Source of the DNA: Octopus vulgaris
Lineage: Eukaryota
Direction of reading: 5' to 3'
Length of the DNA stretch: 64,000 bases
NCBI GenBank assembly: GCA_951406725.2
Contig: OX597817.1
Span: 42,098,001-42,162,000 of the forward strand
Numbering within the stretch: the stretch's first letter is position 1; each line of letters starts with the position of its first letter. Below, piece after piece: positions 27,491 through 40,375 of the stretch. Made by a program: the position numbers and the translations under genes. Under the pieces are notes generated by a model. The model was not told the origin of the DNA, ran no database searches, and worked only from the letters and a program-made list of their open reading frames with translations.

Positions 27491-27729
27491 CAAGGTCCCA
27501 GAGGGTTTTTGCTTTCCCCTTTTCATCCATTCTGTATTAAAATACCAACAAGGTCAACTTTGCCTTTCATCCTTTTGGGGTTTGACAAAATAAGTACCAA
27601 CCTAGTGAGTACCGAGGTCAATCAGATAGACTATCCCCTTCTCCCCGCAAATTTCAGGCCTTGTGCTTATTGTATAAATGATTATCATTATTCTTAAGCA
27701 TTGGTAGCACCTGAAGATCCTGTTAGCAT

Positions 27730-27777
<48 letters not shown>

Positions 27778-28327
27778 GCATTTCATCTAAGGACAAAAGT
27801 TGTAAAGGAAAGCTGTTAGATTAAGTTTCCACAAATTATTTCTGTATATCTTTATTGATGATTTTTTCCGCTTTGTACAACTTGCATTGTTATCATTTTA
27901 ATAAATAACTTTGATCAGATCTAATTGAAAACCAAAGTTGTCTACTATACTTACTGACAGAATCAAAATAATAACATTAATCATTGACTAATAATTGTTT
28001 TTCATCACTGAATAATTACTTCCAGCTTGCTTTTGATGCCCTCTCAGTCTGTCTGTAAGGCTCTCTCCATCTCTCTTTCTCTCTCTCTCTCTCTCTCTCG
28101 CTCGTTCTCTCTCTCGTTTAAATATATTAACACTAACTTAACTAATTGAGTATATGTAATCTGACATTACTTGCAATACAAACATTGATTGAAATCTGTA
28201 AGCATATCTCAATTAACACAAACAGTAACGAGCTTTCAGTCACCTCGTTCATTAGTTCTACTTATGTCACAACCCACTGAGGATAATTTCCACCATGATG
28301 ATGGACGCCATGATGATGAATGACAAA

Positions 28328-29208
28328 GCGGCGAGCTGGCAGAAACGTTAGCATGTCGGGCATCCTTAGCAGTATTTCGTCTGCCGTTACATTCTGAGTT
28401 CAAATTCCACCAAGGTTGACTTTGCCTTTCATCCTTTCAGGGTTGATAAATTAAGCATCAGTTAGGCACTGGGGTTGATGTAATCGACTTAATCCCTTTG
28501 TCTGTCCTTGTTTGTCCCCTTTGTGTGTAGCCCCTTGTGGGCAGTAAAGAAATAAGAAACATTAGAATGCCAGGCGAAATGCTTAGCGGTATTTCGCCTG
28601 CTGTTACGTTCTGAGTTCAAATTCCACCAAGGTCAACTTTGCCTTTCATCCTTTCGGGGTCGATTAAATAAGCACCAGTTACACACTGGTGTCAATGTAA
28701 TCGACTTAATCCGTTTGTCTGTCCTTGTTTGTCCCCTCTGTGTTTAGCCCCTCGTAGGGAATAAAGAAATAAGAAACGTTAGAACGCAGGGCGAAATGCT
28801 TAGTGGTATTTCATCTCTCTTTACTTTCTGAGTTCAAATTCCACCGAGGTTGACTTTGCCTTTCATTCTTTCGGGGGTCGATAAATTAAGTATCAGTTAT
28901 GCACTGGGGTCGATGTAATCGACTTAATCCCTTTGTCTGTCCTTGTTTGTCTCCTCTCTGTGTAGTCCCTTGTGGGCAGTAAAGAAATAAGAAACGTTAG
29001 AACGCCGGGCGAAATGCTTAGCGGTATTTCGTCTGCCGTCATGTTCTGAGTTCAAATTCCACCAAGGTCAACTTTGCCTTTCATCCTTTTGGGGTCAATA
29101 AATTAAATACCAGTTATGCACTGGGGTTGATGTAGTCGACTTAATCCCGTTGTCTGTCTTTGTTTGTCCCCTTTATCTTTAGCCCCTTGTGGACAATAAA
29201 AAAGAAAT
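28328..29208 (+). mobile_element. Head-to-tail tetramer of SINE family A (~217-bp period)
   Basis: Units restart at agaaac(g/a)ttag near 28341, 28555, 28772 and 28990; only the first has gcggcgagctggc. Confidence 0.92.
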
Positions 29209-29314
29209 TTTAAATATGATGATGGACCCTCCTCAGACTTGGTCAAACAAATCCGTGAAATAAAGGCTTTGCATCTTTATCTTCTCCCTCCAAGCAGAGT
29301 GTATCTTTTATCCT

Positions 29315-29840
29315 TCACTTGCTTCAGTAATTGGACAGTGGCCATGCTGGAGCACCACCTCGACGGGTTTTGTTTTTTAGTAGAACAAATTGTTCATAGT
29401 ACTTGTGCTTATTTTTAAAAAAAGTCTGCTATTTATTCTATCACACTCTATTACGGAACTGCTAAGTTATGGGGATGTCAACAAACCGACACCAGTTGTC
29501 AAGTAGAGGCGGGGGACAAACACAGACACAAAAATACACCCCCCACACACACATGTGCACACATACACATGCACATGCATGCACACACTCATGCACACAC
29601 ACATGCACACACACATGCACACACACACACATGCACACACACACATGCCCACACATACATATTTATATACATGACAAGCTTCCACACAGTTTCCATCTAT
29701 CAAATTCCCTCATAAGGTATTGGTTGATCTGAGGCCATAGTAGCAGACACTTGTCCAAGGTGCTGTGCAGTGGGACTGAACCTGGAACCATGTAATCATA
29801 AAGTAATCTTCTTTACTGTACAGCCATACCTGCACCTATG
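29315..29840 (-). mobile_element. SINE family B with expanded internal (CA)/(CATG) tract
   Basis: gccatgctggagcaccacc..gctaagttatggggatgtc..gggactgaacctggaacc..cagccatacctgcacc. Confidence 0.8.
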
Positions 29841-30094
29841 TACGTATGTAGACCTACATTACCGAATGTGTCTCCAGATATTATTTTAAAGACAGTAGGG
29901 TGTTATTACAGGGGTATTTGACTGCTATTTCTTGTAGGTCAAGAGACTATTTAGAGCAGTGTTTCTCCATGGTTTTTTACCCATGGACTTCCTTGGTTCC
30001 CATTTACTGAGGTGGAAGCTCATAGCCATTCAATGTTTAAAAAAATCTTATTATATTTGCCTAATTAAATATTATTAGGAATTATATAAAAACA

Positions 30095-30650
30095 TCATCA
30101 TCATCATCGTCTTCATCGTTGTTTAACGTCCACTTTTCATGTTGGCATGGGTTGGACGATTTTGACTGAGGATTGGCAAGCTAGGAGGCTGTACCAGGCT
30201 CCAATCTGATCTGGCAGAGTTTCTTCAGCTGGATGCCCTTCTTAATGCCAACCACTCTGAGAGTGTAGTGGGTGCTTTTTACGTGCCATCGACACAGGGG
30301 CCAGTCAGGCGGGCCTGGCATCGATCACATTCAGATAGTGCTTTTTACATGCTGCTGGCACGTGACCCAGTCAGGGGTTACTGGCATCAGCCACGTTTGG
30401 TTGGTGCTTTTTACATGCCACCGGCATGAGAGCTAGTCAGGGGTTACTGGTGTCAGCCACGTTTGTATGGTGCTTTTCATGTGCCACTGGCACAGAAGCC
30501 AGTCAGGCGGGGCTAGCATCGATCATGTTTGGGATAGTGTATTTTACAGGTTACTGGCATGGGAGCCAGTCAGAGGTTACTGGCATCAGCCATGTCTGGT
30601 TGGTGCTTCTTTACGTGCCACCGACATGAGAGCCAGTCAGGGGATACTGA
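30095..30650 (-). mobile_element. Solo RTE 3' tail with six ~66-bp modules
   Basis: Tail as in 18622; gtgcttttt-type modules at 30272, 30338, 30404, 30470, 30537 and 30603. Confidence 0.85.
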
Positions 30651-31424
30651 TGAATTCTTATATGGGCAAAATCTTATATGGACCCTTGTTGAGAGCCACT
30701 AACTTGCATTATCCCATGTATTCTTTTATTCTTTTATTCTTTCATTCTTTAATTTGCTTTAGTCATTTGACTTCAGCCATTCTGGAGTACCGCCTTCAAA
30801 CAAATCAACCCCATGACTTATTCTCTATAAGCCTAGTGAGTACTTATTCTATTGATCTCTTTTGCTGAACCGCTAGCTAACGGGGTCATAAACACACCAA
30901 CATCGATTGTCAAACGATGGTATCTTCAGACTTTTTCTTAAAGACAGTAGAATGTCATTACAGGCATATTTAGCTGCTATTTCTAGTAGGCTGAAAGCCT
31001 CTATGGAGGCTTCTTCACTGGATCTTCTCAGACAAGTGGGTGTGAGCCAGCCACCAGCCAGCCAGCCTGTCAACCAGCCAGCCAGCCAGCCGGCCATTAT
31101 ATGTTCAATGCGAACTCTATTAGACTGAAGATCAAGCACTGACTGACATCAACATCGACAACAGCAACAATAACATAAAAAAAAGCTGCATGTGATTGGA
31201 AGCAGACAACTATCAAGCCAGCAAAGTGCTCTCCTCTACAATGGAGATGATAAAAGCTAACATTGTTGCTAAGTGATGCTTTGAAGATGCTGTTCTCCAC
31301 CTAATTGCACCCTTAAATCCAATTTTAACCCACAGTAAATCATATGGAACCTGTTGTTAGCTTTGCTGGTCAAGAGGCAAAATGTATCTGATGAATGATG
31401 TACTCTTAGTGGGAGAAGGGTAAG

Positions 31425-31827
31425 GTGGTGGTGGTGATGATGATGGTGATGGTGATGATGATGGTGGTGTGATGGTTTTGACTGTGGTTGTAGTGGCGGT
31501 GGTAGCGGTGGTGTTGCTACTGCTGATGATGGTGGTGTGGTGGCGGTGATCGTGGTGGCGGTTTTGGTGGTTTTGGTGGAGTTCATGGTGATGGTGGTGG
31601 TGACGACGACAATGATGATGATGAAGATGATGATGATGATGATGGTAGTGATGAGGAAGAGGAAAAGGAGCAGGGAGAGAGGAAGGAAGCAAAGATGATG
31701 ATGATGATGATGATGACAACTATAACATAGTGGTGGTGATGGTAATGGTGAGATGCTATTGCTGTTGTTGCTGGTGTTGATACTGTTGGTAAAGATGGTG
31801 ATAGTGACAGTGATGATGATGATGACA

Positions 31828-31870
<43 letters not shown>

Positions 31871-32273
31871 CAGTGGTAGCAGCTGTAGCAGCAGCAGTAG
31901 TAGTGGTGGTGGCGTCGATGGCAGCAACAGTGGCGGCGGCAGTGGTGGAGGCGGTGGCGGTGGTGGTAGTGGTGGTGGTGATGGCTGTGGCATTGGTCAT
32001 GGTGTTGGTAGTAGCAGTTTTAGTAGTAGTCGTAATGGTGGTGGTGGTGGTGGTGATAGCGGCACTGGTCGTGGTAGTAGTAGTAGCAGCAGCAGTAGTA
32101 GTGGTGGTGGCGGCGATGGCAGCGATAGTGGCGGTGGCAGCGGTGGAGGCAGTGGCGGTGGTGGTGATGGCTGTGGCATTGGTCATGGTGTTGGTAGTAG
32201 CAGTTTTAGTAGTAGTAGTAGTAGTCGTAGTGGTGGTGGTGGTGATAGCGGCGCTGGTCGTGGTAGTAGTAGT

Positions 32274-32340
<67 letters not shown>

Positions 32341-32443
32341 ACAGCTGCAGTTGTAGCAGTGGTGGTGCTGGTGGCGGCGGCAGTAGTGGTGGTGGTGGTC
32401 GTCGTCGTCGCCGTGGTCGTGGTGATAGTAGTAGTAGTAGTAA
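31425..32443. repeat. ~1-kb compound triplet tract (GGT/GAT/GTA/GCA) with internal ~180-bp duplication
   Basis: gatggctgtggcattggtcatggtgttggtagtagcagtttt occurs at ~31980 and ~32166. Confidence 0.9.
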
Positions 32444-33123
32444 TCAAATTTGCCGTGGTATTGAATGAAAGGATGATAGATTTACTTGGGAATATCAGGA
32501 CTCTTAGGGTGGGAGATGGATAGGAAAAGGGTGGCAAAGCCAAGAGTTCTTAAAGTCAAAAATCTAGCGACTCTGTGAGTTGGTCTTCAATAAAATAACT
32601 TAGTCTAGACCGACATTTGATTACAGTGATTTTCATTCCAGCATCATCAGTGATGTGTGAAGGGATTCATTTCTCACCAAACCAAGATCTCCAAACACCA
32701 TCGTTAAGTTCTTACTGTCCAGGAGCTATGCAAGGATTTAAAATGGTAACAAAGAATCTTATTAATGAATATCCAGAATGATAGTAATATGTTTGCCAAG
32801 ATTTCAGATAAAATATTACTGTTTGATTAAACAGGACTGGATATTGATTTCTGATTTTACATGGAAAGTTCTATTTTGCAATAAATGGTTATAAAACCTT
32901 TCGGGCTAACTAATATCTAATAACTTCAAAGATAATGAAAAATGGAAAATAATTTAAAGGCTATTCATAAGCACACACAGTCACACACATACACACACAA
33001 ACATCGTGAGGGAGATGGAGAGAGAGAGAGAGAGAAAGGCAGAGTGAGATAGACAGACAAGCAGCAAGGCAGTTACAGATAGATACATATATAATTACAC
33101 ACGCACACACATAAGCAGTCACA

Positions 33124-33162
<39 letters not shown>

Positions 33163-33308
33163 CATACATATCATGTAATATGCATGTGAAATTGTGTACA
33201 TATGTGCATGTGTGTATGTATGCATATGTGTGTTTGTGCAAGTGTATGTGAGTATCTTCACACGCACACATACACATATATGATGTATATACATAATTTA
33301 TGTGTATG

Positions 33309-33375
<67 letters not shown>

Positions 33376-33612
33376 TATATGTATGTATGTATTTACATAA
33401 CTACATGTGTGACGATTAAATGAAAATATACACATAAGCCCAGAGACACAATATTTCTATGTTCATTTCATGTCATAATTACACATATCCATACGTGCAC
33501 ACGCATTACACACACACACACACACATAAACACATGCATATGCAGAATGAGCAAGCGATTAGAGATTAACAAATAGATACAGATACACAGATAGACAGGT
33601 AGATACAATATA

Positions 33613-35645
33613 TCATCATCATCGTCGTTTAACGTCCGTTCTCCATGCTAGCATGGGTTGGACGGTTCGACCGGGGTTCTGGGAAGCCAGAAGGCTGCAC
33701 CAGGCTCCAGTCTAAATTTGGCAATGTTTCTACAGCTGGATGCCCTTCCTAACGCCAACCACTCCGTGAGTGTAGTGGGTGCTTTTTACGTGCCACCTGC
33801 ACAGGTGCCAGGCGGGGCTGGCAACGGCCACGGTCAGATTGGTGTATTTTATGTGCCACCGGCACGGAAGCCAGTTGAGGCGGTGCTGGCATCGGCCACG
33901 AGTCGGATAGTGCTTTTTACGTACCACCAGACCAGGGATCCTGGCTGGTTCAATTCGATTTCGATTTCGCTTGCCCCAACATGTCTTCACAAGCAAAGGG
34001 GGTTGGCAAGGGTGCCTGTCGTACGGTCGCATTGGAGTATTTTACGTGCCACGGCCACGAGTCGGATAGTGCTTTTTACGTACCATCAGACCAGGGATCC
34101 TGGCTGGTTCAATTCGATTTCGATTTCGCTTGCCCCAACATGTCTTCACAAGCAAAGGGGGTTGGCATGGGTGCCTGTCGTACGGTCGCATTGGAGTATT
34201 TTACGTGCCACGGCCACGAGTCGGATAGTGCTTTTTACGTACCACCAGGCCAGGGATCCTGGCTGGTTCAATTCGGTTTCGATTTCGATTTCGCTTGCCC
34301 CAACGTGTCTTCGCAAGCATGGGGGGTTGGCATGGGTGTCTGTCGTCGGATGAGGTTCTATATCGACTTCGCTTGCCTCAACCGGTCTTTGTGTCCAAGG
34401 GAGGAAAGGCATTCATAAGTGGGCTGGGCTCACTTGTCCTGCCTGGTCTTCTCACGTACAGAATATTTCCAAAGGTCTCGGTCTCTGGTCATTTCCTCAG
34501 TGAGGCCTAAAGTTCGAAGGTCGTGCTTCACCACCTCGTCCCAGGTTTTCCTGGGTCTACCTCTTCCACGGGTTCCCTCAACTGCTAGGGATTGGCACTT
34601 TCTCACACACCTATCTTCATCCATTCTCGCCACATGACCATACCAGCGCAATCGTCTCTCTTGCACACCACAACTGATGCTTCTTAGGTACAACATTTCT
34701 CTCAAGGTGCTAACGCTCTGTCGAGTATGTACACTGACATTACACATCCATCGGAGCATACTGGCTTCATTCCTCACGAGCTTACGCATGTCCTCAGCAG
34801 TCACGGCCCATGTTTCGCTGCCATGTAGCATGGCTGTTCGTACACACGCATCATACAGTCTGCCTTTTACTCTGAGCGAGAGGCCTTTAGTCACCAGCAG
34901 AGGTAAGAGCTCCCTAAACTTTGCCCAGGCTATTCTTATTCTAGCAGTTACACTTTCAGCGCACCCACCCCCACTACTGACTTGGTCACCTAGATAACGG
35001 AAGCTATCAACTACTTCTAGTTTTTCCCCCTGGAAAGTGACGGAAGTTGTTTTCTGCAGATTTTCGGAGGTTAATGCTCCCGAGCATCTGCCACATACAA
35101 AAACTATCTTCCCAGTTAGCCTACCTTTGACATTGCTGCACCTCTTATGTGTCCATAGCTTACACTGGGTACATCTTATAGAGTTTCTACCTACACCTTT
35201 TCTACAGATCGAGCAGGGCCATCTTCCTGAAGATATTTGTGGATTGTCTACCTTTCTACTTATTAGTACTTTGGTTTTAGCTAGGTTGACTCTAAGGCCC
35301 CTTGATTCTAAACCCTCCTTCCACACCTGGAACTTCTCCTCCAGTTCTGATAGTGACTCAGCAATAAGAGCAAGGTCGTCAGCGTAGAGGAGCTCCCAGG
35401 GACAGCCTGTCTTGAAATCCTCCGTAATTGCCTGGAGTACTATGATAAATAGGAGGGGGCTGAGTACTGAACCCTGGTGGACCCCAACCTCTACTTTGAA
35501 TTCTTCTGTGTACATGTTGCCAACCCTAACCTTACTTACGGCATCTCTGTACATGGCTTGCACAGTCCTCACCAGCCATTCATCTATCCCTAGTTTCCTC
35601 ATTGACCACCAGATAAGGGATCGGGGGACCCTATCAAAAGCTTTC
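33613..35645 (-). mobile_element. 5'-truncated RTE-clade LINE, second subfamily
   Basis: Same tail as 18622; 3' UTR contains a 159-bp tandem triplication (33893, 34052, 34211). Confidence 0.95.
34430..35645 (-). CDS. Uninterrupted but 5'-truncated RTE reverse transcriptase ORF with PHD-finger insertion
   Basis: ~405 open codons: [64 protein letters not shown]. The listed Met comes from the flanking microsatellite. Confidence 0.85.
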
Positions 35646-35664
35646 ATATATACACACACACACA

Positions 35665-35697
<33 letters not shown>

Positions 35698-35765
35698 GTG
35701 AGTGTACTTATATATATATATATATATATATGCACACACACATATCTATATATATATATGTACAT

Positions 35766-35847
35766 ATATTATAGTGGGGTAGGCCAGTTTATGGGGTTGA
35801 CAAAGGCCATTATCAACCCCATAAACTGACCTACCCCACTATAATAT
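35766..35847. repeat. 82-bp spacerless near-perfect palindrome
   Basis: 41-bp arms centred on gg|cc (35806/35807) with 3 mismatched pairs. Confidence 0.92.
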
Positions 35848-35848
35848 T

Positions 35849-36056
35849 CTTTTCTACTCTAGGCACTAGACCTGAAACTTACGTGGAGGGGGCTGGTCGA
35901 TTAGATCGATCTCAGTACACAACTAGTACTTAATTTATTGACCCCAAAAGGATGAAAGGTAAAGTCGACCTCGGTGGAGTATGAAACATAAAGACAGATA
36001 AAATACTGCTAAGCATTTTGCCCAGTGTGCTAATGGTTCTGTCAGCTTTCCACCTT
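35849..36056 (-). mobile_element. SINE family A monomer
   Basis: Core motifs present; TSD-like ta(c/t)cccact(a/g)taatatt at ~35832 and ~36056. Confidence 0.85.
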
Positions 36057-36167
36057 ATCCCACTGTAATATTAACTGCTCTGCATCTTACAGTGTGCTTC
36101 TCCTCCGGATTTATGTATTTTAAACGATATATATCTGTGTGTGTGTATGTGTATATTGATAGCCAGC

Positions 36168-36262
<95 letters not shown>

Positions 36263-36320
36263 GCAGACAGATGGATGGATGGATGGATGAATGGATAAAT
36301 ATATATATATATATATATAG

Positions 36321-36368
<48 letters not shown>

Positions 36369-36890
36369 GACTAGAAAGATGTGTAGGTGTATAGGTGCTT
36401 AGCTCCAAATTATTTACTTTATTTATTAAGGATTCTTCCCATCTCCTTATTGGTTCCATACATTTGCTGTGACATTCAATATTTCCAAAAATTCCAAGAC
36501 TTATCTTCTGAGTGGAGTGGTTATTAGCACTACTATTTTATGGTGAGTTAGAGACATGGGATTGATGTCGTTTGATGACAATGTTATTATCAGTAGATTT
36601 GACATGTTCAACTGTTAATGTCAGGTTTCTTTTAGCAATCGAGAAATAATTTTTTTCTGTGGTAATTGGTCTTGATCTGTTGCTAGGAAGCATTATCAGA
36701 GAGTTAAGTTTTGCTGTGTATTTTGCCATTAATATAGCTTCCATGACCAACTGTCTTATTATTAATACAGCAGCAACAAACTCCACCGATAATAACTAAC
36801 TATTCCATCCTGAAGATAAAACTTGTCGTACACACAAATACATATACATACATTTGTACGTATGTGTGTGTGTGTGTGTATGTGTGTGCA

Positions 36891-36928
<38 letters not shown>

Positions 36929-37023
36929 CATATGCACATACATATATATATATACATATATATATACACACACACATATACATATACATATATATACATA
37001 TACACACACACATATTCATATAT

Positions 37024-37064
<41 letters not shown>

Positions 37065-37108
37065 GATAGATAAATAGATAGATGTATATATTCTATCTAT
37101 CTATCTAT

Positions 37109-37158
<50 letters not shown>

Positions 37159-37440
37159 ATGTGTATGCGTGTATGTGTGTGTTAAACGATGATGATAATA
37201 CATACATATATGCATACATGCATACATATATATATAAGTATAATGGATACAATGGAAAAAGTTCAAATCAGGCAATCTATGGTTAACACACATATATATG
37301 CAAGTTTAATTAAGATAAAATTAATAACTGTCCAAGTTTTAACATATATTGATATATTAGAGATACAAAAATATAAAAAATATATCAATACTAAAAATAT
37401 ACATACATATATATATAAATATATATATACATGTACATTT

Positions 37441-37810
37441 ATCATCATCATCATCGTTGTCGTTTAATGTCCATTTTCCATGCTGGCAAGGGTTGGATGA
37501 TTTGACTGACGACTGGTGAGCCAGATGGCTGCACCAGACTCCAATCTGATCTGGCAGTGTTTCTACAGCTGGATGCCCTTCCTAACACCAACCACTCCAT
37601 GAGTGTAGTGGGTGCTTTTACGTGCCACCACCACGGGGATTTTGGCAACAACCATGCTCAAATGTTGTTTTTCATGTGCCGGTAAGGTGATGCTGGCAAT
37701 GATCACACCCGAATGGTGCTTTTTACATGCCACCAGCACGGGAGCCAATCCATGACCCTAGCAATGATTACACTCGGACATGCTTTTAACGTTCTACTAG
37801 CACGAGTGCT
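37441..37810 (-). mobile_element. Solo RTE 3' tail
   Basis: cgtttaatgtccattttccatgctggc..ggatgcccttcctaacaccaaccactcc plus modules. Confidence 0.85.
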
Positions 37811-38089
37811 ATATATATATAATGTAGTATGTGATAGATGATAATTGTAAATAAGCATCATTATCATACAAGTAGTATCCTTCATTTCCAACCTGCTGTG
37901 AAAATACATTAGGCCATGGGGAAATATTACCTTACTTGGAAACAGATGAAGGTTAGCAACATGTAGGACATCTGGCTACATGTTGCCAGATGAATTCCAT
38001 CCCTCCATGTGAGCCCAAATGAATTTCATCCCTCCATGTGAGAATGAAAAAGCAAATGTTAAAATGATGATGGTGAAATGTATATAGAG

Positions 38090-38802
38090 TCTTAAAGTTA
38101 AGTTAATAAAGACCAAACATCTACAAAGCAATCAGATCTTTGTTTCCATCAGTGAAATTACCTTGCTCAGTATGGGTAAGAAGCACCCATGACAAACTGT
38201 GGACATGCAGGTGGTGCAATGGTATCATAGGCAGGCTAATAGAGAAAATAGACTATATTTGTGGCAGATGCTCAGAAGCAACAATCATTAAGAGTGCACA
38301 GAAAATATCCTTGCTCAAGTGTCCAAAAGGATCCCCAGAAATAATAGGTAGTTTCTGGTGCCTAGGTGACCTAATTAGCAGTGGAAGAGGATGTTCTGAA
38401 TGTATAGTTGCTAGAATAAGTACAGGATGGAAAAAGATCAGAGAGCTATTCACTCTGATAGTATAAACAATGTTTCTCTCTCAGAGTGAAAAGCAGATTG
38501 TATGATTCTTGTGTATAAACAATGCTACATGGTAGTGAGACATAGGACCAAAATGAAGAAGGTAGGCAAAACTAAAAAGAAATGAAACCAGCATGTTCTG
38601 TTGCATATATGACAAAAATGACCGAAAAATTGAGGCGTAGGAATGGCTGTGTAGTAAATAGCTTGCTTACCAGCCACATGGTTCTGGGTTCAGTCCCACT
38701 GCATGGCACTTTGGGCAAGTGTCTTTTACTATAGCCTCGGGCCGACCAAAGCCTTGTGAGTGGATTTGGTAGATGGAAACTGAAGGAAGCCTGTCGTATA
38801 TA

Positions 38803-38879
<77 letters not shown>

Positions 38880-39135
38880 ATGCATGTGTATATGTTTCTA
38901 TGTCTGTGTTTGTCCCCTCAACATCGCTTGACAACTGATGATGGTGTGTTTACGTCCCCATAACTTAGCGGTTCGGCAAGAGAGACCAATAGAATAAGTA
39001 CTAGGCTTACAAAGAATAAGTGCTGGTCACTTAATGTAGAAGGCCCTTGTGAGAGAGGGAGATTCAGGCAGACATAGGATGAAGTAGTGATGATTGATCT
39101 CAAGACTTCGTATCTCTTGGAGATGAGATAGGACT
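38090..39135 (+). pseudogene. Decayed RTE RT fragment of the PHD-bearing type, split by a SINE
   Basis: PCSV..KLWTCRWC..YICGRC..SFWCLGDLISSGRGCSECIVARI..WKKIREL, HGSET, then RGR..DEVV after the SINE. Confidence 0.75.
38633..39017 (+). mobile_element. SINE family B, 3'-truncated
   Basis: aggcgtaggaatggctgtgtag..gggttcagtccc..internal (TA)n..ataagtactaggcttacaaagaataag. Confidence 0.88.
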
Positions 39136-39164
39136 GGGATGGCTGGAGATAAGTGGAGATAAGT

Positions 39165-39572
39165 GTGCACACGCACTACACACACTCACACATACACACG
39201 TGCACACTCTCACACACACACCCTCACGCATGCACATGTGTACACTCTCACACACACATGCTCACACATACACATGCATGCACACACACTTACACACACA
39301 CACTCACACATGCACATGCACATGTGTACACTCACACACACACTCACTCATACACATGCACATGTCTGCACTCACACACACATGCTCACACATACACATG
39401 CATGCACACATACTTGCACACACACATTCACACACACACTCCACACTCAGACACACACACTCACACATACACATGCACGCACGCACATGCACACACACTC
39501 ACACATACACACTCACACATACGCACACACTCACACATACACATACATATGCGCACACACATACACACACAT
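39165..39572. repeat. Degenerate (CA)n tract
   Basis: Directly visible. Confidence 0.9.
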
Positions 39573-39860
39573 GTTGCAATTAAGTATAAAGAATAAAATA
39601 ACCTTATTTATTCATAGCTTAGTCTCCATGGGTGGCTCCTCGCACACTATATAAATATACCTGTTTATTTATGGTCCATGCTTCTACTGGATAAATGTTT
39701 TTTTAAAATATACACCTGTAGACCAATACCATCAGAAGAAAAAAAATAAAATCTCTTAAAAGTAAAGTTACTAGTTTTATACACAGTGGTAAAGTCAGAA
39801 ACTAAAACCAGAATATAGTGACAGCAGCAGAAATATGGAAAATTCAAATACCATCTTTCT

Positions 39861-40276
39861 TATTTCTTTATTGCCCACAAGGGACTAAACATAGAGGAAA
39901 CAAACAAAGACAGACAAATGGATTAAGTTGACTACATCGATCCTAGTGTGTAACTGGTACTTAATTTATTAACCCTGAAAGGATGAAAGGCTAAGTCAAC
40001 CTCAGCGGAATTTGAACTCACAATGTAAAACAGACGAAATACCTATTTCTTTACTACCCACAAGGGGTTAAACACAGAAGGGACAAACAAGGACAGACAA
40101 ATGGATTAAGTTGATTATATTGACCCCAGTGCATAACTAGTACTTATTTAATCAACTCCAAAAGGATGAAAGGCAAAGTCGACCATGGCAGAATTTGAAC
40201 TCAGAATGTAAAGACAGATGAAATACCGTTAAGCATTTCGCCCAGCGTGCTACCGTTTCTGCCAGCTCGACACCTT
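39861..40276 (-). mobile_element. SINE family A dimer with a single TSD
   Basis: TSD ttca(a/g)ataccatctttct at 39843-39860 and 40277-40294. Confidence 0.9.
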
Positions 40277-40375
40277 TTCAGATACCATCTTTCTGTTGGT
40301 AATTCCTTTATGTTAAAGAGCTTACAGAATAATACTCTATTTGTGTGTGCCTGTGTGTGTACATATATATGTACA

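Noticed and set aside
27950-28060. Strong minus-strand donor GTAAGT after MINVIILILS
   Set aside because: No acceptor, homology or link to other exons; not supportable from sequence alone.
28295-29227. atgatgatggac as TSD of the SINE tetramer
   Set aside because: Low complexity and not directly adjacent to the element's 5' end.
32678-32725. 48-nt minus-strand exon candidate LLDSKNLTMVFGDLGL
   Set aside because: Plausible splice signals, but phase 0-0 does not link the other candidates and no homology is recognisable.
19751-35774. ORFs such as 19751-20101, 24475-24762, 34677-34997, 35037-35387
   Set aside because: Antisense shadows of RTE or R4/Dong ORFs.
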